Assembly (NCBI GenBank): GCA_044220955.1
Contig: JBGAQA010000020.1
Span: 25,284 to 89,283, forward strand
Direction: 5' to 3'
Source of the DNA: Sandaracinaceae bacterium
GTDB lineage: Bacteria; Myxococcota_A; Polyangia; Polyangiales; Sandaracinaceae
Length of the DNA: 64,000 bases
In this document: positions 18,702-26,484 of the stretch, one piece after another
Layout of the letters: each line of letters begins with the position of its first letter
How positions within the stretch are numbered: position 1 is the first letter of the stretch
Program-made: the position numbers and the translations under genes
Notes under the pieces: model-generated
The model's database searches: none
The model's input: the letters and a program-made list of their open reading frames with translations, nothing else
Told to the model about the DNA's origin: nothing

Positions 18702-18827
18702 CCGGCACTCTCGCGCGGACACGTTTCTTCACTTCCCCTGGCGATGCGTCGCAACACGGGGCGTCCATGTTCCTGCTCGCAAGACGACGCGCCGGCGCGA
18801 CGCCGGCCGCGAGGAAAGGACGCCAAC

Positions 18828-19361
18828 ATGCTGGGTTTCGTCATCGGGTTCCTGTGCCTGTTCGGGCTGATCAAGGTGATGCGCTACGGACGCGCGGGCG
18901 CGTGCGGCGGCGGCTACGGGATGCACGGCGGCTGGGGCCACCACGGCCATCACGGCGGCTGGGGCCGGCGCGGTGGGTGGCGCGAAGGCGGCGGCGACTT
19001 CTGGCTCCGTGGTCTCTACGAGAAGCTCGACGCGACGCCGGGTCAGGAGAAGGTGATCCGCGCCGCCGCCGACGAGATCAAGGCGGCGATGGCCGGCGCC
19101 CGCGGGGAGCTCGAGGCGAGCCGCCGCGACGTAGCCAAGGCGGTGCGCTCGGGCGCGGTGGACGAAGTGCAGCTCGGCGAGCTCTTCGCCCGGCACGACG
19201 AGAAGCTGCGCGAGGTCCGCAAGGCCTTCGTCGGCGCGCTGGCGAAGGTGAACGAGGCGCTCGACGAGGATCAGCGCAAGCGCCTCGCGGACATGCTCGA
19301 GGGCGGCCTCGGCCGCTTCGGCGGCTTCGGCGGCCCCTACCGCGAAGGCCACTGGGCCTGA
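18828..19361 (+). CDS. CpxP/Spy-like (periplasmic heavy-metal sensor-like) helical protein with His/Gly-rich N-region
   Basis: LDATPGQ..., ALDEDQRKRLAD (LTxxQ-like); AGGA RBS; upstream of an OmpR/HK pair. Confidence 0.65.
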   Translation: MLGFVIGFLCLFGLIKVMRYGRAGACGGGYGMHGGWGHHGHHGGWGRRGGWREGGGDFWLRGLYEKLDATPGQEKVIRAAADEIKAAMAGARGELEASRRDVAKAVRSGAVDEVQLGELFARHDEKLREVRKAFVGALAKVNEALDEDQRKRLADMLEGGLGRFGGFGGPYREGHWA

Positions 19362-19400
19362 ACGAGAACCTGAAGCGACGAATTGAAGGAGACGACGACA

Positions 19401-19745
19401 ATGCATCCGATCAAGCGTGGAGTTCTCGTGGTGCTTCTCTCGCTCGGGGCCATCGGTGGGTTCACCCACGGCTTCGCGCGCATGGCCCAGTGCCACCAAG
19501 GTGGCTGCGCGGCGTCGAGCCGCCGTGACGAGTTCGAAGAGCACATCGCCGACGTCTGCACGCGCTCCGCGCAGCGCGTCTACGACGAGCAGCAGGGCGA
19601 CCGCCACCCGCAGGGCGGGTGGGGAGGCCCGCAGCAGCAGTGGGGTGGCCCGCCCCCCTCGTGGGGCCCGCCGCCGCAGTACTGGGGCGCCCCGCCGCCC
19701 GCAGCGGCGGTCGCGCCCCCCGCGCCCGCAGCTCCTTCCGAGTGA
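19401..19745 (+). CDS. Small membrane protein with Pro/Gln/Gly/Trp low-complexity tail
   Basis: GAAGGAG RBS, N-terminal TM, RRDEFEEHIADVC, repeated WG units. Confidence 0.65.
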   Translation: MHPIKRGVLVVLLSLGAIGGFTHGFARMAQCHQGGCAASSRRDEFEEHIADVCTRSAQRVYDEQQGDRHPQGGWGGPQQQWGGPPPSWGPPPQYWGAPPPAAAVAPPAPAAPSE

Positions 19746-19829
19746 CGCGATGACGACGGGGCAGGACGGCTGGCTCGATGCGTCGAGCGGCCGTCCTGCG
19801 CGCGTTCGTGTGTAGACTGCGAGGCCACG

Positions 19830-20537
19830 ATGATCCGCGTCCTGCTCGTCGACGACGACCGCCGCCTCTTCGAGCTCCTCGAGGAGTACATGTCCCAGAA
19901 CGGCGTCTCGCTGACGTACGCGCCGGACGGCAAGAGCGGCCTCGAGAAGCTCCGGCCCGCGGCGCAGGGCGGCTCGGGCGGCGCCTTCGATGCCGTGCTG
20001 CTCGACGTGATGATGCCGCAGGTGGACGGGCTCGAGGTGCTGCGTCGGATCCGCGCCGACAGCCGTGTGCCGGTGCTCATGTTGACCGCCCGAGGCGACG
20101 AGACCGATCGCGTCGTCGGCCTCGAGCTGGGCGCCGACGACTACGTGCCCAAGCCCTTCTCGCCGCGCGAGCTGCTCGCACGCCTGCGCGCGGTGCTGCG
20201 GCGCGCGTCGCCCGACGCGACGGGCGAGCGCCTGAGCGCCGCGGGCATCATGGCCGACGTCGGTACGCGCGAAGTGACGGTCGAGGGCAAGCCCGTCGAG
20301 CTCACGGGCCTCGAGTTCGACATCCTCGTCGCGCTCCTGCGCCGTGCCGGGCGTGTGATCCCGCGCAACGCTCTGCTCGCGGAGGCTGGCCGCGACGACG
20401 TGGTCGTCGGCGAGCGCACGGTCGACGTCCACATCTCGCGCCTCCGCAAGAAGATCGGGGACGACGGGCAGGACCGCATCAAGACGGTGCGCGGCGTCGG
20501 CTACGTGCTCTCGAAGGAGCCGGTCCCCGGAACGTAG
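19830..20537 (+). CDS. OmpR/CpxR-family response regulator
   Basis: REC (LLDVMMP, GADDYVPKPF) plus winged helix (RTVDVHISRLRKK, KTVRGVGY). Confidence 0.95.
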   Translation: MIRVLLVDDDRRLFELLEEYMSQNGVSLTYAPDGKSGLEKLRPAAQGGSGGAFDAVLLDVMMPQVDGLEVLRRIRADSRVPVLMLTARGDETDRVVGLELGADDYVPKPFSPRELLARLRAVLRRASPDATGERLSAAGIMADVGTREVTVEGKPVELTGLEFDILVALLRRAGRVIPRNALLAEAGRDDVVVGERTVDVHISRLRKKIGDDGQDRIKTVRGVGYVLSKEPVPGT

Positions 20538-21863
20538 ATGGGCCTCGGTCACTACGTCCGCGCGCGCCTGCATCGCCGCATCTTCGTCTGGTTCGGCGCA
20601 TCGATCGTCATGACGGGCGCGACCGTGTGGGTCGTGCTCTCCCTCTTCTCGCCGGAGGCGAACGAAGCGCGCGAGCACTGGGAGGACTTCCACAGCTTCG
20701 TCGGCGACCGCTTCGCCCACGTCTGGGAGGAGCCGGCGGAGCGTGACGAGCTCGCGGCCGCCATCGCCGAGGGCCTGCGCATGGGCGTCGTCCTGCGCGA
20801 TGCGCACGGCGAGCGCATCGACGCCTTCGGGCCCGACTGCGATCGCGTCCAGTTCGACACCGACGTTCGCCTCGCCAGCGGGATCGTCGGACGCGTCGAG
20901 CTCTGCTCGCCGCGCCACGATCGGGTCCGCGGCATCGCCATGTTGATCGTCGTCCTCGTCGTCGCGTGCGGGACCCTCTGGGCCGCCGCGGGCCTCATCG
21001 CGCGCCGCATCGGGCGCCCGCTCTGGCAGGTCGCGCGTGTCGCGTCCGACATCGGCAACGGGCAGCTCGGCAGCCGTGTGCGCCTGCATCGCCACCACCG
21101 CAAGGACGAGATCGGCATGCTCGCCGAGGCGATCAACGACATGGCGGCGCGCATCGAGAAGCAGCTCAAGGACCAGCGCGAGCTGCTCGCGGCCGTCTCG
21201 CACGAACTGCGCACGCCTCTGGGCCACGCGCGCGTTCTGCTCGAGATGCTCCGCGAGCGTGGCGCGGGCGACGGACACGCGTCCGACGACAAGACGATCG
21301 ACGAGATCGAGCGCGAGATCCTGGAGATCGACGACCTCGTCGGCGAGCTGCTCGCGAGCTCGCGGCTCTCGTTCGAGACGCTCAGCTACACCAAGCTCGA
21401 GGCCCTCGACGTGGCCGCGCGCGCGCTCGAGCGCGTCGGCCTGCCGCTCGACCTGCTCTCGAGCGACGACGAGACGATCGCCTTCGAGGGTGACGCGACG
21501 CTTCTCGGTCGTGCGCTGGCGAACCTCCTCGAGAACGCCAAGCGCCACGGTGGTGGCCTCACGCGCCTACGCATCGATGCCACGTCGGACGAGGTCAGCT
21601 TCGTCGCCGAGGACCGTGGCCCCGGCTTCACCGAGGCGGAGCGCGACAAGGTCTTCGATGCGTTCTACCGCGGCGACCACCGCGCGGGCGCGGCGCACGG
21701 CTCGCTCGGCCTCGGGCTCTCGCTCGTCCGCCGCATCGCGCTCGCGCACGGCGGGCGCGCGTGGGCGGAGAACGAGCCGGGCGGCGGTGCCCGCGTGGGC
21801 ATTCGCATCGCCCGCACGAGGCGCGCCGACCCCGCGCGCAAGACGGCCGCCGAGAGCGTCTGA
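20538..21863 (+). CDS. HAMP-domain sensor histidine kinase
   Basis: Two TMs, HAMP, SHELRTPL, NLLENAKRH, DRGPG, GLGLSLV. Confidence 0.95.
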   Translation: MGLGHYVRARLHRRIFVWFGASIVMTGATVWVVLSLFSPEANEAREHWEDFHSFVGDRFAHVWEEPAERDELAAAIAEGLRMGVVLRDAHGERIDAFGPDCDRVQFDTDVRLASGIVGRVELCSPRHDRVRGIAMLIVVLVVACGTLWAAAGLIARRIGRPLWQVARVASDIGNGQLGSRVRLHRHHRKDEIGMLAEAINDMAARIEKQLKDQRELLAAVSHELRTPLGHARVLLEMLRERGAGDGHASDDKTIDEIEREILEIDDLVGELLASSRLSFETLSYTKLEALDVAARALERVGLPLDLLSSDDETIAFEGDATLLGRALANLLENAKRHGGGLTRLRIDATSDEVSFVAEDRGPGFTEAERDKVFDAFYRGDHRAGAAHGSLGLGLSLVRRIALAHGGRAWAENEPGGGARVGIRIARTRRADPARKTAAESV

Positions 21864-21887
21864 GCGCCGCGCCGCGCGCCGGCGATC

Positions 21888-22598
21888 CTACTTCGCCGGG
21901 GCGTGGACCAGCTTCTTCTTGGTGCCGTCGGCGAGCTCGACCTCGATCGACGTCGCCTCGGCCTGGACGACCTTCACGAGCCCGAACTTCTTGTGCTCGA
22001 GGCGTTGCCCGACGACGAAGCGTCCGCTCGCCGCGTAGGGCACGGGCGTCGTGTCCACGGCGAGCGGCGCCGCGGCCGCGGGGGCCGCGATCGGCGGGCA
22101 GAGCACCCGGCGCAAGGTCGAGACGATGAGCGCGCGCTGTGCGGGACCGCGCTCGTACTCGCCGACCAGCACGATGCGCGCGAGCAGCTCGCCCTCCGTC
22201 GACTCGAGCGCGTCGAACAGGTGCGTGCCGTCGAGCGCCCCCGCGGCCCGCGCCACGGCGCGCGCCGCCTCGGGTACGCGGTGGCCCCGGCCGAAGGTGT
22301 CGTTGCGCGCGGCGGTGCAGGCCTTCGCGCATGCCTTCGCGTGGGCGAGCGCCTCGTCGCTTGGCTGGGCCAGCCACGCTTCGGCAGCCTCGACCGCGCG
22401 ACGGGCGCGCAGATCGCCCGATTGCTCGGCCTCCCAGTCGGGCACGACGATCTTCACGACCTCGATCACCGCTCGCATCAGCGGGTCGCGCTCGACGTCG
22501 CCGAGCACCTCTGCCCAGTGCAGTGACGCCAGGCCGGTCGTCGAGAGCCGGTAGGTGACCAGCCGATCGAGCTTGCTCTCGAGCAGCGCGCGTTCCAC
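21888..22598 (-). CDS. Hypothetical protein: Imm5-like helical region plus C-terminal Tudor/SH3-like domain
   Basis: DWE..GDLRARRAVEAAEAW...AARAVARAA resembles Imm5-like proteins; F.VGQRLEHKKFG.VKV resembles the PcrA/UvrD C-terminal Tudor-like domain. Confidence 0.55.
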   Translation of the reverse strand: MERALLESKLDRLVTYRLSTTGLASLHWAEVLGDVERDPLMRAVIEVVKIVVPDWEAEQSGDLRARRAVEAAEAWLAQPSDEALAHAKACAKACTAARNDTFGRGHRVPEAARAVARAAGALDGTHLFDALESTEGELLARIVLVGEYERGPAQRALIVSTLRRVLCPPIAAPAAAAPLAVDTTPVPYAASGRFVVGQRLEHKKFGLVKVVQAEATSIEVELADGTKKKLVHAPAK

Positions 22599-22604
22599 GT
22601 GCGA

Positions 22605-23462
22605 CTACGCGCTCGACCGCGAGCGCTTGGGCGCGCCACGCGTCGCGGTCGCCTCGGGCTTGCGGGCTGCGCGCTGCTTGCGGGCCGGCGGTGGCGGAGG
22701 AGGCGGAGGCGCGTTGATCTCGAAGAAGCGGATGGCGCTCTCCATCGACGACACGATCGCGTCGCGCACGATCGATGCGAGCGCGTTGTCGCTCGTCTTG
22801 AGCGCGTCGTAGTAGCGCTGCCGCTCGGTCGAGTGGATGACCGCCGGTGGGTAGTCCCCCGTGAGCAGGATCAGGTTCATCACGAGGCGGGCGAGCTTCC
22901 CGCTGTGCTTCGGGAACGGGTAGATGTGAAGCAGCTGGAAGTGGGCCTTGGCCGCGAGCCGGGTGACGTGTGTCGTGCGCCACGTCTCGGTCGCGTTCAC
23001 CCACTGCATGAATTGCCGGAGCTTGTACGAGATCTTGTCGGGCGTGGCGATCTCGTGGAAGTAGAGCCGGTGGATGGGCATGTCCTTCCGGTAGGCCGGA
23101 GGCTTCTTGCCCTCGACGTCCTCGGGCGCGAGGCGCTCGTAGAGCTCCTTGAGCGTGTCGAGGTCGATCTTGATCTTCTTGCGCGTCGCCATCTCGCGCA
23201 CGAGGTCGATCGCGGCCTTGTTCTGGCGGATCTCGTCGAAGATCGGGACGAGCGCGGGATCGGAGGGCGCCTCGCCGCGAAGCGCCGCGGCCAGCTCGGG
23301 CGGCTGGTACACCACGCCCTCGAGCGCCCCGTCGTGGTGGATCCACGACAGATCCATGCGGTCGATGTACTCGCGCTTGGTCTGTTCGGAGGCGCCCTCC
23401 ATGAGGGCCTTGAGGACCGAGAGCCGCTGGTCGAGCTGCTGCGCCTGCTGCTGCTGCTGCAC
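22605..23462 (-). CDS. Fic-domain protein with degenerate catalytic motif
   Basis: HHDGALEG inhibitory-helix-like motif; AHFQLLHIYPFPKHSGKLARLVMN in place of HPFxDGNGRxxR; R..YYDAL; GGAGG RBS before GTG. Confidence 0.8.
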   Translation of the reverse strand: MQQQQQAQQLDQRLSVLKALMEGASEQTKREYIDRMDLSWIHHDGALEGVVYQPPELAAALRGEAPSDPALVPIFDEIRQNKAAIDLVREMATRKKIKIDLDTLKELYERLAPEDVEGKKPPAYRKDMPIHRLYFHEIATPDKISYKLRQFMQWVNATETWRTTHVTRLAAKAHFQLLHIYPFPKHSGKLARLVMNLILLTGDYPPAVIHSTERQRYYDALKTSDNALASIVRDAIVSSMESAIRFFEINAPPPPPPPPARKQRAARKPEATATRGAPKRSRSSA

Positions 23463-23561
23463 TCGAGAACCTCCGGAAAAACCAAGCTCCACCGCGAGCA
23501 CGCCCCCGGCGCGCCCACTCCGCGGTCTCCGCCGGCAGATACAACTCGGCGAGAGGCGCCG

Positions 23562-23590
23562 AGCATACCGTACGGTCCAGAGGTCGTCAA
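23562..23590 (-). promoter_or_regulatory. Sigma70-type promoter of the fic operon with a palindrome in the spacer
   Basis: Minus strand TTGACG-N17-TATGCT; perfect palindrome ACCGTACGGT at 23567-23576. Confidence 0.65.
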
Positions 23591-23607
23591 CGAGGGTCAG
23601 GACGAAT

Positions 23608-23684
23608 TGATCAGCCGGAGTGCCGGCGAAGCCGGGCCGACACCGTGGTGTCGCGTCCGCGGAGCGGACGCCTCCGGTCGATCA
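23608..23684. other. Intergenic four-way-junction (cloverleaf) palindromic element
   Basis: Closing stem tgatcagccggag/ctccggtcgatca encloses three perfect hairpins: ccggc-gaa-gccgg, cgacac-cgtg-gtgtcg, cgtccgc-gga-gcggacg. Confidence 0.7.
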
Positions 23685-24236
23685 GCGGCTCAGCGCGTCG
23701 ATCCAGCCATCGAGCGTGCCCTCGTCGGGCACGCCCGCGTGCACGTGCCGCACGACGCCCTCGCGATCGACGATCACGAGGGTCGGGAGCGCTTGCACGT
23801 CGAACGCCGACTGCGCGGCGTACGAGCGATCGACGAGTGTGGGGATCATCACCCGGAGCGCCCGGTGCGCGGCGACGACCCGCTCCGTGGGCTGCTCCGA
23901 CTCCACGTTCACGGCGTACGAGAGCAGGCCCGCGCTCGCGTGCCGGGCCGCGACGCGACCGAGGATCGGGAGCGACTCCCGGCACGGTGGGCACCAGCTC
24001 GCCCAGAAGTCGAGCATCACGACGTGTCCACGCAGCGCCGAGAGCGAGACGCGATCGCCGGCACCTTCGCCCGCGACGATCTCGGCGGTGAAGTCCGGCG
24101 CCGCCGAGCCCACGAGCGGGCTGTCCTCCGCACCCCCGCCCATCCAGCGGGGCGCGCCGAACGCCATCACGGCGACGAACACGAGCGCGCCGATCCCGGC
24201 CGCCCGCATCATCGCCCTGCGTTCCTCGTCGTTCAC
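23682..24236 (-). CDS. TlpA/ResA-family thiol-disulfide oxidoreductase
   Basis: N-terminal TM, APDFT, LDFWASWCPPC, LPTLVIVDREG. Confidence 0.92.
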   Translation of the reverse strand: MNDEERRAMMRAAGIGALVFVAVMAFGAPRWMGGGAEDSPLVGSAAPDFTAEIVAGEGAGDRVSLSALRGHVVMLDFWASWCPPCRESLPILGRVAARHASAGLLSYAVNVESEQPTERVVAAHRALRVMIPTLVDRSYAAQSAFDVQALPTLVIVDREGVVRHVHAGVPDEGTLDGWIDALSR

Positions 24237-25843
24237 GCTCCCTTGATGGGGCTCGCGAGGCGCAGCGGCAAGCGGATCCGGAAGACCGCGCCGCCCTCGG
24301 CCGCGCTCGCGCACGCGATCGAGCCGCCGTGCTCGAGCACGATCTTCTTCACGATCGCGAGGCCCAGACCCGTGCCCTCGCTCTTGGTCGTGAAGTACGG
24401 GTCGAACACGCGCTCACGGTCGCTCTCCGGCACGCCCGGGCCATCGTCGCGAACCTCGAGGATCGCGTCGTGGTCGTCCCCGCGCGTCTCGAGGATCACG
24501 TGTCCGCCTCCACCGTGCTCGGCGAGCGCCTGCACCGCGTTGCGCACGAGGTTGTCCACGCAGCGCCGGAGCATCTGAGCGTCGACCACCACCGGCAGGG
24601 GCTCGGCCGCGCGCACCTCGATCGACACGCCCGCGCCCGACTGTCCTTCGAGCACCATCGCCGCGGGGTCCATCGTCCGCGCCCACTCCGTGGTGAGCGC
24701 GCTCAGCTCGCCCGGCGTGACCTCCGGCACCGGCAAGCGCGCGAAGCCGCTGAACTCGGAGACGAGGCGGCGGAGCGTCTCGACCTCCTCCTCGACGATG
24801 GCCTTCGCGTCGTCGAGCGTCTTGGCGAACTTCGGATCTGCGCCGTCGTACTTCCGGTGCAGCTCCTGCACCGCGAGCTGGATGGGCGTCAGCGGGTTCT
24901 TGATCTCGTGGGCGAGGCGCCGCGCGACCTCCTGCCACGCGCCGATGCGTTGCAGGTACTCGATGCGATCGCGCGAGCTCCTGATGTCCCGGACCATCGC
25001 GTTGAAGGAGTCGACGAGCTCGGCGACCTCGTCGGCCTCGTCGGTGGGGATCTCGATGTTGAGGTCACCGCGGCCGACCTTGCGCGTCGCCTCCGCGAGC
25101 ACGACCACGCGTCGCGTCACGCGCCGGGCCGCCACGATGCCGGCGGCGAGCGCCACGACGATCGCCGCGAGCAAGAGGCTGATGTACGCGAAGAGGTAGA
25201 AGCTCTGGACGTACTCGGCCTCCGCCTCGAGGTGTCGGTAGACCTCGATCGTCTCGCCCGCCTCGAGGTAGGCCTGGAACGGCTCGCGCGGCGTGCGCAC
25301 GGTGACGGTGACCGTGTAGGGCGCTCCGTTCACCTCGATGGGCCGCTCCTCGTCGCGGCTCAGGTACTCCACGCCGTCCGCCGGCCGCTCCACCCGCGCG
25401 AGCTCGCCCGCCGGCCCCGAGACGGCGATTCCCGACACGTCGGTGATCTCCCGGAGGTCGGCGTCCAGGACGGCGCGGACGGCGGCAGCCGGTGGATCCG
25501 CGCGCAGGGCGTCGGCGAGCGCGGCGTCGTGCGCGACCATCGTCGCGGCGCGCTGCGCGGCGGCGCGCAGGCTCTCGAGGTGCTCGTGGTGTACCTCGAG
25601 CGAGCGCTCGAGGGTGCCCAGCACCCGCCGGTTGACGCCGATCTCGTACACCTCGTGGAGCGCCGCCCGCCCGAGCAGGAGCGCCGCGATCGCGGGCAGG
25701 AACGCCACGGCCGCCATCGCCGTGAGGACGCGCCGCTCGAAGCGCCCGAAGCGCAGGTTGTCGGGCTTGGGTCCGCCGGGCGCGGGGGCCGGCGCCTGCA
25801 GCGCCTTCGTGGTGTCCGCCTTCGTCGCGTCCGCGCGGGTCAC
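24233..25843 (-). CDS. NtrY-like sensor histidine kinase
   Basis: TM-periplasmic-TM-HAMP, AWQEVARRLAHEIKNPLTPIQL, PYFTTK, GTGLGLAIV. Confidence 0.92.
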   Translation of the reverse strand: MTRADATKADTTKALQAPAPAPGGPKPDNLRFGRFERRVLTAMAAVAFLPAIAALLLGRAALHEVYEIGVNRRVLGTLERSLEVHHEHLESLRAAAQRAATMVAHDAALADALRADPPAAAVRAVLDADLREITDVSGIAVSGPAGELARVERPADGVEYLSRDEERPIEVNGAPYTVTVTVRTPREPFQAYLEAGETIEVYRHLEAEAEYVQSFYLFAYISLLLAAIVVALAAGIVAARRVTRRVVVLAEATRKVGRGDLNIEIPTDEADEVAELVDSFNAMVRDIRSSRDRIEYLQRIGAWQEVARRLAHEIKNPLTPIQLAVQELHRKYDGADPKFAKTLDDAKAIVEEEVETLRRLVSEFSGFARLPVPEVTPGELSALTTEWARTMDPAAMVLEGQSGAGVSIEVRAAEPLPVVVDAQMLRRCVDNLVRNAVQALAEHGGGGHVILETRGDDHDAILEVRDDGPGVPESDRERVFDPYFTTKSEGTGLGLAIVKKIVLEHGGSIACASAAEGGAVFRIRLPLRLASPIKGA

Positions 25844-26484
25844 GGGCACGTCAGCTCCTGCGAGCGGAAGCGCAGCGTGCGCTCGGCGTCGCCGATCTGA
25901 CGCGTGACGAAGAGGCTGACGAACGAGCCGAAGAACGCGTCGTCGGGCGCCGCGCCACCCTCGGGTCGGGCCAGCCACCCGCGGATCCGCTGAACCATGT
26001 CGGGCGTCACGGGATTGAGCTCGACGACGACGCCGAACGTCACGTGCTCGCCGTGCCGCCGACGCCAGGCGGCCGCGTCGCCGACCACGACGTGATCGGC
26101 GACGAGACAGGTCTCGATCACCCCCTCGAGGGTCGAGATCGTCGCGGAGCGCTCGGCGAGCTCGGTCCGGACGTCGACCGAGTAGCGCGCGTCCCAGATG
26201 TCGTAGACGACGTGGCAGCTGCGGACTGTGACGGCGATCGGCGCGGCGGCGTCGGTCCCGTAGGCGTACGTCCTCATCACGATCGTCTGAAGGAGGCCGT
26301 GCGAGAGCCGCCGCCGCACCGCCTCGTCGGCGAAGTCGGCGGCCGAGAACGACACGTCGGGCGCGCCGTCGTGGAACGTCACCGACATCGTGCGCGTGCC
26401 GACCTGCGCGTGCGCGGGGAGCCCCAGCGCGAAGAGCGCGAAGAGGGTGGCGAGCAGGGCTCGCGTCGTGGTGCGCGCGCTCAT
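25840..26484 (-). CDS. DUF4390-like periplasmic protein
   Basis: Signal peptide, VYDIWDARY motif, position directly upstream of an NtrY-like kinase. Confidence 0.6.
   Translation of the reverse strand: MSARTTTRALLATLFALFALGLPAHAQVGTRTMSVTFHDGAPDVSFSAADFADEAVRRRLSHGLLQTIVMRTYAYGTDAAAPIAVTVRSCHVVYDIWDARYSVDVRTELAERSATISTLEGVIETCLVADHVVVGDAAAWRRRHGEHVTFGVVVELNPVTPDMVQRIRGWLARPEGGAAPDDAFFGSFVSLFVTRQIGDAERTLRFRSQELTCP

Noticed and set aside
23608..23684. Possible tRNA gene (cloverleaf, about 77 nt)
   Set aside because: Loops are 3-4 nt, with no anticodon loop, TTC T-loop, D-loop GG or CCA end.
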